Virus record (IMG/VR): IMGVR_UViG_2941446319_000001
Source of the DNA: an uncultured virus (IMG/VR IMGVR_UViG_2941446319_000001)
Lineage: Duplodnaviria > Heunggongvirae > Uroviricota > Caudoviricetes
Strand: one strand, 5' to 3'
DNA length: 34,747 nt
Shown here: piece after piece, positions 1 through 8,253 of the stretch
Layout of the letters: every line of letters starts with the position of its first letter
Position numbering within the stretch: the first letter of the stretch is position 1
Translations under genes and position numbers: made by a program
Notes under the pieces: model-generated
What the model saw: only the letters and a program-made list of their open reading frames with translations
The model's database searches: none
Told to the model about the DNA's origin: nothing

Positions 1-344
1 TGCGCGACGAGGAAGCTCGCGTAGCGCGTCAGCCGGTAGTCGGCCACGGCCCTGAAGGCTCCCGAGCCGATCGGGACCATTCTGTCGCGGGCGACAAAAT
101 GGTAGGCGACCTCGAAGCCGCTCTTCTGGCAGGCTTCCATCGCCCTCTGGATGGCGTCGGAGAACTTCCGCCAGTCGGTGCCGTAGTCGAGTTCGGGCAT
201 CAGGTCCCGTGCGAACCAGTGCTCTCCGTCCTCGTCCATGTGGCGAATCTCATCCAACGGCGACGCCGGGCCGCTCGCTGTCGAAAGCTCCAACTGTCGG
301 CCCTGGTCGTCGGCCTCATCGTCGAACGGGATACGGTAGTCCAT
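1..344 (-). CDS. DinD/Bro-N-like DNA-damage-inducible protein (N-terminal part; runs off the window)
   Basis: Own translation: MDYRIPFDDEADDQGRQLELSTASGPASPLDEIRHMDEDGEHWFARDLMPELDYGTDWRKFSDAIQRAMEACQKSG...DYRLTRYASFLVA. The W-x-ARDL...W-x-x-F...DYRLTRYA pattern is typical of DinD/Bro-N. SD AGGAGA at 351-356. Confidence 0.8.
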   Translation of the reverse strand, partial: MDYRIPFDDEADDQGRQLELSTASGPASPLDEIRHMDEDGEHWFARDLMPELDYGTDWRKFSDAIQRAMEACQKSGFEVAYHFVARDRMVPIGSGAFRAVADYRLTRYASFLVA

Positions 345-557
345 GGTCGATCTCCTGGTGATGCAGGTGGTCGGCAAGCTCCGGGCGGTCGGTGAAGCGG
401 CCGTCCGGGGCGCTCTCGATCGAGAGCCCGATGCCTAGATCTTACCGTTTGACCTGCATAAACGCCGGTTCGTCAAGCGCTCCGAAGATCGCTAGCGCGG
501 GCATCGCAGCAGGTCAGACGGTGTGATGAACGCCACTCTCGCAGCGCCCGGTTTAGG

Positions 558-749
558 TTAGAGATGTCCGTTTTCGGAGCGCCTCAGGATCAGCCGACGT
601 ACCGCGTCAGCGTCGTACACCAGCACCCCGCCCGCGCTCTCAGCGACGATCCGGGCCCGGGCGGCGTCAGCCACCACCTGACGGGTTGGCTGCCAGTGCT
701 GCATCCACGCCGCCACCTCGTGAAGGTGGGCAGCGGACAGGGCGGCCAT
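558..749 (-). CDS. hypothetical protein (63 aa)
   Basis: ATG coupled to the upstream stop (TGATG overlap). Confidence 0.55.
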   Translation of the reverse strand: MAALSAAHLHEVAAWMQHWQPTRQVVADAARARIVAESAGGVLVYDADAVRRLILRRSENGHL

Positions 750-1144
750 CAGCCCTGCCCCTCGTCGCTGAGCCCTTCTACCGGTACAAGCCGGTAGTGG
801 GCGTCCACGTGGGACGCCTTCTCGACGGAGAACCGGCAGCCGCCGCACACAGCGTCGTCGTGCCAGTAGCCGTGGTTAAGGGTGCCGCAGTGGTGCAGCC
901 AGGCGAACTCCTGCCGCTCGCGGTCGGCCTGCTGCTGAAGCTTGTGCACGCTCGCCGGGGTCGGCTCCGGCTCGTGGACGCTCGCACCCTCGGGCAAGTG
1001 ACACAGCATGCACCGGCCGTTCGAGTCCGCGATCGGCTCGTGCGGGTGGAACTGCATGTGCTTGTTCTGCCAGTCGAACGGGACCAGCGCCCCGCAGTCC
1101 TCGCACGCTTCGGCCTCGTTGATGCCGATCCCTTGAAAAGGCAT
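749..1144 (-). CDS. Cys/His-rich hypothetical protein
   Basis: MPFQGIG... with CEDC, CMLCH and CGGC motifs; TGATG overlap with the upstream gene. Confidence 0.65.
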   Translation of the reverse strand: MPFQGIGINEAEACEDCGALVPFDWQNKHMQFHPHEPIADSNGRCMLCHLPEGASVHEPEPTPASVHKLQQQADRERQEFAWLHHCGTLNHGYWHDDAVCGGCRFSVEKASHVDAHYRLVPVEGLSDEGQG

Positions 1145-1806
1145 CAGGCATCCACCCGCGCCGAGCTGGACCTCAGAGTGTCCCGGTTCGGGTTCTCGCA
1201 CACCGAGAACCCGTCCGCTTCCGTATAGGTGAGGCGCTGGACGGTGAACCACCGGCCGTGCAACGACTGGCTCGGGTCTACGCCCGCCTGCCCACAGACC
1301 ATGTCGTGCGGGACGGAGAAGTGGTCGGCGGTGCTGTGGATCGGGGTCTCCAGGACGGTACGGCCATCGGCCTCGTACCAGACGCGCACGTCGATCCTGT
1401 CCAGCCCGGCGACGACCTCGGCCGCCCGCTCGTCCCGCTCTGCGAGGAACTTGACGTACTCGTCCTCTGCCGCAGCCTGGACCTTCTCCAGGTCCCAGCC
1501 CTCGACAATCAACTGATGGGGGCCGTGCGCGTTATTCTCCACCGTCACAGAGATGCGGTCCGGGTCCCCGACGAAGTCTTCCCTGCCGGAGTGGTGCTGC
1601 AGTTCGCGGTCCTTGCCGAGCGTGCGGGTGATCGTGTGCCAGTCGCGCACCTCGGGCGGCGCGTCGAGCAGCTCGAACTCTTCGACATTGTCTCCGTGCT
1701 CGTACGCTTCGGCCGCCTCGCGCGTGCTGAAGACCTGCCGGATGCTGTACCAGTAGTCGCCGGGGTCTCCGCTGGTCGCTACGTACGCCTTCATGCGCTT
1801 CTCCAC
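1144..1806 (-). CDS. hypothetical phage protein
   Basis: 220 aa ORF with protein-like composition, coupled to the next gene. Confidence 0.75.
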   Translation of the reverse strand: MEKRMKAYVATSGDPGDYWYSIRQVFSTREAAEAYEHGDNVEEFELLDAPPEVRDWHTITRTLGKDRELQHHSGREDFVGDPDRISVTVENNAHGPHQLIVEGWDLEKVQAAAEDEYVKFLAERDERAAEVVAGLDRIDVRVWYEADGRTVLETPIHSTADHFSVPHDMVCGQAGVDPSQSLHGRWFTVQRLTYTEADGFSVCENPNRDTLRSSSARVDA

Positions 1807-2015
1807 AGGGGGTGCAGGGGGTTAAGCGCGGCATGCCTACAACCCCCCAGCTAAGACATGCCGCGCGTTCAAGGGGGATGGCAGGGCCGGTCCGGGTGAG
1901 CCCTCAGCACCAGAGGATCGGACCGGCCCGCCAAGGCGCTCAAGCAGCACGGGGGCACCGCGAGCGCCGGGCGCACTCCTCGGGGGAGGGCGCGTATCGG
2001 AATGTCTAGGGCTAT

Positions 2016-2258
2016 CTAGGCTGCGAGGAGGGAAGCGCGGAGCTCGTCCCGCTCCTCAGGAGTGGCCGGCACACGCTCCCCGAGATGAAGGCACCGGCCG
2101 ATCACGGACAGGTCGCGCCAGTCGTACCAGGCCGTCTTGCCCAGCTTGACGATGAGGCGGGCGTGGTGGCGAGAAGCCCACACGCGGACGGTCGGCTCGG
2201 GCTTACCCAGGCGTCGGGCAGCGTCAGCAATGGTGATCCGCTCAGGCTTCTCCTGCAT
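2016..2258 (-). CDS. HTH DNA-binding protein
   Basis: ITIADAARRLGKPEPTVRVWASR is an HTH-like motif. Confidence 0.75.
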   Translation of the reverse strand: MQEKPERITIADAARRLGKPEPTVRVWASRHHARLIVKLGKTAWYDWRDLSVIGRCLHLGERVPATPEERDELRASLLAA

Positions 2259-2280
2259 GCTGGTCACCCCCAGACATGCG

Positions 2281-2314
2281 AAAAGCCCCCGGACCATACG
2301 GTCTGAGGGCCTTT
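2281..2314 (-). terminator. intrinsic terminator-like hairpin
   Basis: Minus strand reads AAAGGCCCTCAGACC-GTAT-GGTCCGGGGGCTTTT. Confidence 0.6.
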
Positions 2315-2363
2315 GCTCCCACGTTGACTCCGATTTATAACAGCTCACCGGCGAAAACACCAA

Positions 2364-2528
2364 TTACGACTCGCCAGAACTTTCGCAGTCGAGGCCGAAG
2401 TACTCCTCCACGGTCATCGCCCGATCCTCGTCCAAGACACGAAGAGGCAGGTACGACGGGACCACATCGAAGCCTCCATCGCGGCGGAAGCATTGGAATG
2501 CCGAGGCCGGAGGGGAAGTGGCGCACAT
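2364..2528 (-). CDS. small hypothetical protein (54 aa, not in the ORF track)
   Basis: MCATSPPASAFQCFRRDGGFDVVPSYLPLRVLDEDRAMTVEEYFGLDCESSGES*, preceded by GGAGAAGAA. Confidence 0.4.
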   Translation of the reverse strand: MCATSPPASAFQCFRRDGGFDVVPSYLPLRVLDEDRAMTVEEYFGLDCESSGES

Positions 2529-2557
2529 TTCTTCTCCGTCACCCCGGCACAGTTAAG

Positions 2558-2631
2558 CCTCGCTGACTGGGCTCGAACCAGCGTCCACCCGGGCCCAAGA
2601 GCCGGGCGCTCTACCACTGAGCTACAGCGAG
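2558..2631 (-). tRNA. tRNA-like RNA with a non-canonical 9-nt anticodon loop (CTT, Lys-like), no encoded CCA
   Basis: CTCGCTG-TA-GCTC-AGTGGTA-GAGC-G-CCCGG-CTCTTGGGC-CCGGG-TGGAC-GCTGG-TTCGAGC-CCAGT-CAGCGAG-G folds into a full cloverleaf with D and T-loop signatures. Confidence 0.75.
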
Positions 2632-2651
2632 GGCCGTTCCATCATCGCCTA

Positions 2652-4067
2652 TCAGGACGAGTGCCCGCCACCGAAAAGCGGACGAGACGGAAGATCCGAC
2701 ACGACCACACCAGCTGAGAGGCCGTGCGCCACGTCTTCGGCCAGCTCCGGCTTGACCCGCTTGCCGCTGAACACGCCCGCCCGGCGCAGCAGCGACGCCC
2801 ACACCGGGTCGGCGATCGTCACCCCGTGCACAAGTTCCGGCGTTGGCTCGAACACGACGACCCGATGCTTGGCCGGGCTGGCGGTCCACCCGCTGTCGGC
2901 CGGGTTCAGGCCGGCATCGGCGCATGCCTGCTCCACGTCGGCCCGAGTGCATGTCACTCGACCGGACAGCACCTCCCACGGCAGCGGCAGCGATGACCAC
3001 ACCTTCGTGTTCGGGTCAAGATCGCCGCCCGATTGCTGGTGCCACCACGCCAAGTCGGCCGCCATCAGCCTCATCACCTTGCCAGGGCATGCCGCGTCCA
3101 GCAGGGCGAGAGCGTCCATCGACTGCAGGCAGGCGAGCCAGCCGGCGCGGGCAGCGTTGTACGCCTGGGCGACGGTGTTCCACGTGGAGGAGTCGTCGCC
3201 GCGGCGGACCACCATCGACTCCCGGCTGAACGGCCGGGTGTTCCAGATGTGCTCCAGCCGTTCAGCGCACTGCCGCATGACCGCGTACCAGGCGCCGAGC
3301 ATTTCGCCACGCTGGGCGTCGTTGAGCCGGGCGAGGATGGACGGCTTGGCGTACACGACGGCGATCATCGCCCAGTCGGTGCCGGGGTTTCGCTCGCAGC
3401 GGGCCATCAGCATCTCGGCCACGTCATCGAACGGGTTGCCTTTGCCGGTCAAGCTGAACTGGCGGCGCATGTTCCGGCGTGCCGTGAAGTAGGCGACGAA
3501 GCACGCCGCGTCGACGTCAGCAGCGAACCGGTCCTCGGTGATGGTGGCGGCGAATCCGCTCCGCCCGATCAGCAGCAGACGGCGCAACTCTTTGCCGTCG
3601 CCAAGCTTGGACGCCTTCGCGGCGAGTCGGCCGAGCGCCCGAAAGCGCCGGTTGTACTGCCGCTTCGGCAAGTCGATGCCCGCAGAAGCGCGGCCGGCAC
3701 GGTCGAGTCGGCCGCTCTTGAAGTCGGCCCGGTCTGCGCTCCACCCGATCTCCCGGCCTGCGAGCGCGGCCACGTCTGCCAGCGCGATCGGATCGTCGGC
3801 GTTTCGGCCAGTCCACTCATCGCTGTCGAAGAGGCGTGCCACGGCAGCGAGCTGGTGCGCTCCATCCTTCGGCTTGGCGAACTCGTCCGTCATCGACGAC
3901 ACGTAACCGCGACGCCGATAGGAGTGCCGCGCAGCCTGTTCAAGGATCCGCCGCTCGCGCACGTCGAGCGCACCGTCGAGGGCGAGGTGGACCAGGTCGG
4001 CGACATCCTCGGGGCGCATGCGGCGGTCGAGGGAGCGGTGCAGGTCGTAGATCGGGGCGTTGGCCAT
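2652..4067 (-). CDS. hypothetical protein (471 aa, largely helical)
   Basis: Long ORF with SD AGGAGA; no catalytic motif I can name. Confidence 0.85.
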   Translation of the reverse strand: MANAPIYDLHRSLDRRMRPEDVADLVHLALDGALDVRERRILEQAARHSYRRRGYVSSMTDEFAKPKDGAHQLAAVARLFDSDEWTGRNADDPIALADVAALAGREIGWSADRADFKSGRLDRAGRASAGIDLPKRQYNRRFRALGRLAAKASKLGDGKELRRLLLIGRSGFAATITEDRFAADVDAACFVAYFTARRNMRRQFSLTGKGNPFDDVAEMLMARCERNPGTDWAMIAVVYAKPSILARLNDAQRGEMLGAWYAVMRQCAERLEHIWNTRPFSRESMVVRRGDDSSTWNTVAQAYNAARAGWLACLQSMDALALLDAACPGKVMRLMAADLAWWHQQSGGDLDPNTKVWSSLPLPWEVLSGRVTCTRADVEQACADAGLNPADSGWTASPAKHRVVVFEPTPELVHGVTIADPVWASLLRRAGVFSGKRVKPELAEDVAHGLSAGVVVSDLPSRPLFGGGHSS

Positions 4068-4130
4068 GAGGGGTCTCCTAGCAGTTACCGGAAGGGTAGC
4101 TGCGCAGTCGGTGAAGGTCAGAGGGCTTTT

Positions 4131-4967
4131 CTAAGCGCGGTGGGTGACGGGGCCGTCGGCGCCTGCGGGTTGGAGGGAACGGCGCCGGTAGGACTTGACC
4201 GGCTCCACCCTGACCTTCGTCAGGTCGCTGTACTCCTGCGCGTCGTACTCGGCGCGGCAGGCCCGGCACTTCGCCCCCGCGTGCTGCCCGTCGTCGTCCA
4301 GCAGCTCGTACAGCTCCGCGAAACCGCAGTCGCAGTACACCCCCGACAGGTGGCGTGGGCGCTGCTTGGTATCGGTCAGGAACGCCCGGCACCGGTAGGC
4401 CAGATCCAGCAGCTCCAGGCCGGCGTCGGCGCCGGACAGGTCCTCGAAGGTGTCGTCACGCGCCATCGAGGCGGCGGGCAGGGCGAGGAGGGCGTCCATG
4501 TGGGCGGACAGGATCGTGAACGCCTGCGTGAGGACTGCCCCGTCGCGGCGCCGACGAGACAGGCTCGTGTCGAGCGGGGTGAGCCGGGCGACGTCGCGGA
4601 CGCGTTCTTCCCAGGAGACGAGCGTGGCCAGGATCAGCCGCAGGAGCGCGTCGGCGCCGAGGGAGAGCGGCACCGGGGCGGACTTGGAGACGCACACCAC
4701 CGGGCCGCCCGCCACCGCGAACGACTTGTTGAGGCGCTGGTGGACGCGCACCCACAACAGCGGCAGGTCGTTGAGGGACTTACTCACCGCGGTACGGTCC
4801 TGCGGGCAGAACGGCTGGTAGGTGAGAGCCGGGAGCCGCCTCGTCTTGCCGTCCACCGTGGAGAGGCGAGGGTCTGAGCATCGGTCGGCGCGGGCGCATT
4901 CCCGCTGGCCGTCATCGGCGCGGCTATCGGACGTCGTCGGATCGGAATGAACCCAGTACCTGGCCAT
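4131..4967 (-). CDS. Zn-ribbon protein, likely late-gene transcriptional regulator
   Basis: CARADRC, CPQD, CDCG and CRAC motifs. Sits at the distal end of the early operon. SD GGGAGA. Confidence 0.65.
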   Translation of the reverse strand: MARYWVHSDPTTSDSRADDGQRECARADRCSDPRLSTVDGKTRRLPALTYQPFCPQDRTAVSKSLNDLPLLWVRVHQRLNKSFAVAGGPVVCVSKSAPVPLSLGADALLRLILATLVSWEERVRDVARLTPLDTSLSRRRRDGAVLTQAFTILSAHMDALLALPAASMARDDTFEDLSGADAGLELLDLAYRCRAFLTDTKQRPRHLSGVYCDCGFAELYELLDDDGQHAGAKCRACRAEYDAQEYSDLTKVRVEPVKSYRRRSLQPAGADGPVTHRA

Positions 4968-5150
4968 TTGCGGTCTCCCCGATGAGTACGCTTGTCGGTA
5001 GACCCGAGGCTGGTGGTGTTCGAGGGTCGGCGGTGGAGGGGCGGTCTCCCGGTGGTGCGGGAGGCCGCTCTTTGCGTCTACCTAGAGTGTGGCGTATGTC
5101 GAGACGTTGGGATGCCCAACGAGCGTCTCACGCTCACTCGATGGGACTCA

Positions 5151-5585
5151 TCAAAGGACGCAGGAAGTGCAGGGCGACTTACCTGCCTTTTCGGCTGTGT
5201 AGTACGACATCTGCACAACGTCGCGCTGGTGGTCGCCTGCGCGTGCGTGGATGCGGTGACCCTCTTTGAACTCCGTGCACCGAACGTCGTAGTGGTAGAG
5301 CTCGCCTTGTTTGGTGGCGATGACCTCGCCGGCTTCTGTGATGTATCCCCAATGGGTGCGGCAGCCGACCCGCGTGCAGCGGAGGATCCACGGGGCTGTG
5401 ACGGCCATCAAAAAGCGACCCTCGAACGTATCGCCGCTGCCACATAGCGGCTTCAGCTCGCTATTCAGCAGGTGGTAAATCTCGTTGGATCCCTGCGTGC
5501 TCTTCTTCACGGTTACGCCAGCGATCGCGACCTTGCGCAGAGCTGTACGCAGGGCCCCGAGCTCGGTACCTCTGTCGGGTGGCAT
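5151..5585 (-). CDS. protein with a C-terminal Ada-like metal-binding motif
   Basis: YHYDVRC...AEKAGKSPCTSC; SD GGAGGA; lower GC than the flanks. Confidence 0.6.
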   Translation of the reverse strand: MPPDRGTELGALRTALRKVAIAGVTVKKSTQGSNEIYHLLNSELKPLCGSGDTFEGRFLMAVTAPWILRCTRVGCRTHWGYITEAGEVIATKQGELYHYDVRCTEFKEGHRIHARAGDHQRDVVQMSYYTAEKAGKSPCTSCVL

Positions 5586-5679
5586 TGGCGATCCTCCAGC
5601 GTAGTTTCCCGGCCACCTTGAGTGTCCTACCGAACGTGGGCATCGTCGAGCGGTTGGAGCTCCGCGGTACGGTCTGCGG

Positions 5680-5991
5680 TCACGGTGCCAGGCTCCTCTC
5701 GCTGGACACGGTGGTCCCGTCCGCCAGCGTCATGGTCAGCCGGTAGGACGCCGACCCTGTCATGGCCGCTTCGAAGTCGACGACCCCTTGCGGGTAGGTG
5801 ACGGGCTCGACGGCGAGCACCTGGGCCAGCATGCCGTCCAGCAGCGCTTCCCAGATCGGGTCCTGGTCCTCGTGGCGGTAAGCACAGTGGTCGCATGTCG
5901 GGCAGTGCGGGTGATCCTGCTTGCCGCAGTCGTGGCCGGGGTTCCAGGTGCACCGCTCACACGACGAGCAGGGGCCATCGTCCTCGGTCAT
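5680..5991 (-). CDS. Cys/His-rich hypothetical protein
   Basis: MTEDDGPCSSCERC...; ATGA overlap. Confidence 0.65.
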   Translation of the reverse strand: MTEDDGPCSSCERCTWNPGHDCGKQDHPHCPTCDHCAYRHEDQDPIWEALLDGMLAQVLAVEPVTYPQGVVDFEAAMTGSASYRLTMTLADGTTVSSERSLAP

Positions 5992-6449
5992 GACGTCGTT
6001 CTTTCCGGAGGAACCAACCGGTACTGGGCTTCGGGATGTTCGACGGCGTTCCCGCACCCTGCGCAAACCGCACCAACCTGCCAACGGCCCGGCGTGAGGC
6101 AGCCGCATGCGCACTTCCACGCCATCTCTTGCTCGGGAGGTGGATCTACTTGCGAGATGGCGAAGTCCTGCGGTGCCAGCACAGATGTGCCATCCGGCAG
6201 ATCTATCACCATGGTCGGCCTGTTGTGGAGTGCAGAGAGTCGCCCCACCCAGACGAGTCCTTGTGGGGTGGTCATCATGACCCACTTGCCGATGAGGCGC
6301 TTAAGGTTGGGGCGGTCCTTCAGCCCCAAGTGGTAGTTGATTGTATCTACGAAAGCGTTGTACCCCTCGTCCACGTTCTCGGCGGTGATCTGCTTGGTCC
6401 ATTCGCGCCAGGCGCGGGCGAACGTTGCCATGTCCAGCGGGTATGTCAT
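5988..6449 (-). CDS. hypothetical protein with a C-terminal Zn ribbon
   Basis: MTYPLDMATF...CACGC...CAGC; SD GGAGGA; ATGA overlap. Confidence 0.7.
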   Translation of the reverse strand: MTYPLDMATFARAWREWTKQITAENVDEGYNAFVDTINYHLGLKDRPNLKRLIGKWVMMTTPQGLVWVGRLSALHNRPTMVIDLPDGTSVLAPQDFAISQVDPPPEQEMAWKCACGCLTPGRWQVGAVCAGCGNAVEHPEAQYRLVPPERTTS

Positions 6450-6757
6450 GTCTCCTCCAGCAAGTCGATCTGCCCTTGACAGTCTCCGCCGTCTCGCCGG
6501 GAGAAGCGGGTTGAGCCAGGGTCGATGATCCCCAGCTTCTCGGCGCACTCCCGCCCGTACCTGCGCTTGCGGGATTTCGGGTCCCACAGAAGCTTTCCGC
6601 AGTTGCCGAGGCAGTACATGGGCGGGAGGGACCCGGGGAACGGCGGGGCGTCGAGGGCCAGGAGGTTCACCGGTCCTCCCAGCGTGGCGGCTCGTGGCGG
6701 AGACGCCGTTCGTACCGCAGCTTCGGCGTAGCGCTGGCGGAGGTCGTCGTCAGCCAC
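6446..6757 (-). CDS. DUF6011-like Zn-finger protein
   Basis: CLGNCGKLLWDPKSRKRRYGRECA pattern. Confidence 0.6.
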   Translation of the reverse strand: MADDDLRQRYAEAAVRTASPPRAATLGGPVNLLALDAPPFPGSLPPMYCLGNCGKLLWDPKSRKRRYGRECAEKLGIIDPGSTRFSRRDGGDCQGQIDLLEET

Positions 6758-6947
6758 GGCGGGTCTCCCTCGGGCATCCCGTGTCGCATCGACCGTGCAC
6801 CCTGCACAGGCCGCTGTAGGCGTAGTGCCGCAGGCACGGCAGGCGCAGGCGGTGGGAGCGGTGGACGCAGCGCAGGCCGGGGACGAACAGCGCCCACAGG
6901 TGGGCGCTGGCCCAGTCCCAGCGGGACGGAAGGCGGGTCTCAGGCAC
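6750..6947 (-). CDS. Cys/His-rich hypothetical protein
   Basis: Overlapping start/stop chain; SD GGAGGA. Confidence 0.5.
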   Translation of the reverse strand: MPETRLPSRWDWASAHLWALFVPGLRCVHRSHRLRLPCLRHYAYSGLCRVHGRCDTGCPRETRRG

Positions 6948-7122
6948 GGTCGTCCTCCTCGGCCTCGTCTCGCCCGTAGAGGATGTCCAGCAAGGTCGCG
7001 CGACGCTCCGCGACCACCAAAGCGAGGCGGTCCCGTAGTGCTTCGAGTCGCCTGGCGTTCGCCATCTGACGGCGACGATGCGCCCGGAGCGCTGCCCGGA
7101 GATCGCTATTCACGGTCGGCAT
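6940..7122 (-). CDS. hypothetical protein
   Basis: Overlap chain; SD GAGAGG. Confidence 0.55.
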   Translation of the reverse strand: MPTVNSDLRAALRAHRRRQMANARRLEALRDRLALVVAERRATLLDILYGRDEAEEDDRA

Positions 7123-7492
7123 GGTCGTTCCTCTCAGGTAGGGCGGCGAGGATCTCGCGCGCCTCGGCGTGCGGGCAGCGCTCCCCTGGCTCCAGCGACA
7201 GGAAGCCGTGAGCCTGGCAGCCTCCGTGATGGTCGAACCAGCACTCGTCCGGGTCGGTGAGCGCTTGGAGGAGTTCGGCGGGGATGGCGACCAGTCCTGC
7301 GCCGGCCAACGCCTCTACGGCGATCCTGGCCGCGTCTTCGGCCTCTCGCCCGGACGGGCGGATGGGCTCTCCGGCCTTGAGGGTGGCGGTGGCGCGCTCC
7401 TGGGGGCGGATCCGCATGTCCTTACGGAGGGCGGCCTCGATCAGCTCAGCAGGGGCGGCCAGTACTGCTTCCTCGGGGATGGGCTCAAGCAT
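7106..7492 (-). CDS. hypothetical phage protein
   Basis: DPDECWFDHHGGCQAHG motif; overlap chain. Confidence 0.7.
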   Translation of the reverse strand: MLEPIPEEAVLAAPAELIEAALRKDMRIRPQERATATLKAGEPIRPSGREAEDAARIAVEALAGAGLVAIPAELLQALTDPDECWFDHHGGCQAHGFLSLEPGERCPHAEAREILAALPERNDHADRE

Positions 7493-7871
7493 CGCACGCC
7501 TCCCGCACCAGCTCCAGCAGGTACGCGGCGTGGCAGTGGTCCGGCGCCCCCGGCTTCGGGGTAGCGCACCAGCAGGCGAGGTCCCGGCCGGCCAACTCGT
7601 CCAGGCGGAGCATCAGGTGCGGCTGCTCGACCACCCAGCAGGAGTACAGGTGCACGGCCTGCTCGCGGGTCATGGGCGTGAGGGAGACGAGTCCGCGGGC
7701 TCCTCCTGGAACGGCTGCGGCAATGTACGGCCACAGTGGGGAGTCGTTGCGGACCTTCTCGCCGACCTTGAACGGGTTACCCCAGGGCGTCGTCCGGTCC
7801 ACGCAGACCGCGCCCTCGGGGAGCTTGGAGCCTTTGCTGCGCTTCCTCTGGACGCGCTTGGGGGTGGTCAC
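7485..7871 (-). CDS. DUF4326 family protein
   Basis: RVQRKRSKG...VDRTTPWGNPF...LAGRDLACWC...CHA signature. Confidence 0.85.
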   Translation of the reverse strand: MTTPKRVQRKRSKGSKLPEGAVCVDRTTPWGNPFKVGEKVRNDSPLWPYIAAAVPGGARGLVSLTPMTREQAVHLYSCWVVEQPHLMLRLDELAGRDLACWCATPKPGAPDHCHAAYLLELVREACDA

Positions 7872-7874
7872 AGG

Positions 7875-8174
7875 TCAGCCCTCCTCGGGGGCGTCGGCGG
7901 GGACGCGCGTGGCATACAGCGTCCACGGCCAGTCCTCATCCGGCCCGAGGCCAGGGTCACGGAGATCCCACTCGCCAACCTTGTACTCGTTGCCGTTGAT
8001 GGTGACGATCTCCTTGGCCTGGTCGCGTGCGTAGGCGAGCGTCTCTCTGATGGCGATCTCAGCGGCCTTGGTCTGGGCGAGCGAGCCGCCATTGGCCGAG
8101 AGGTGCAGCGACCAGCCAGCGAGGACCTGGTCCAGTAGTGCAGGGGGCATCTCGGGGAACGTGCTGTCGGACAT
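7875..8174 (-). CDS. hypothetical protein
   Basis: MSDSTFPEMPP...; start trimmed to the ATG after AAGAGAGA. Confidence 0.6.
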   Translation of the reverse strand: MSDSTFPEMPPALLDQVLAGWSLHLSANGGSLAQTKAAEIAIRETLAYARDQAKEIVTINGNEYKVGEWDLRDPGLGPDEDWPWTLYATRVPADAPEEG

Positions 8175-8253
8175 CGGGTCTCTCTTTGTCGATGAGGTTG
8201 TTGATCTGGCTTGCGGCTTGGCGTCCCCGGTAGGACCGGGGACAGGGGGAAGG

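Noticed and set aside
2558..2631. Integration site (att) at the tRNA-like element
   Set aside because: There is no duplicated 3' tRNA fragment or integrase in the window, and phage-like genes continue on both sides.
3033..4877. 614-aa plus-strand ORF and similar long plus-strand ORFs (14408-16216, 17935-19974, 22038-23201)
   Set aside because: Antisense shadows of real minus-strand genes in high-GC DNA; no motifs or SD sequences.
4992..5447. 151-aa plus-strand ORF
   Set aside because: It overlaps the better-supported minus-strand gene 5151-5585, which has an SD and a metal-binding motif.
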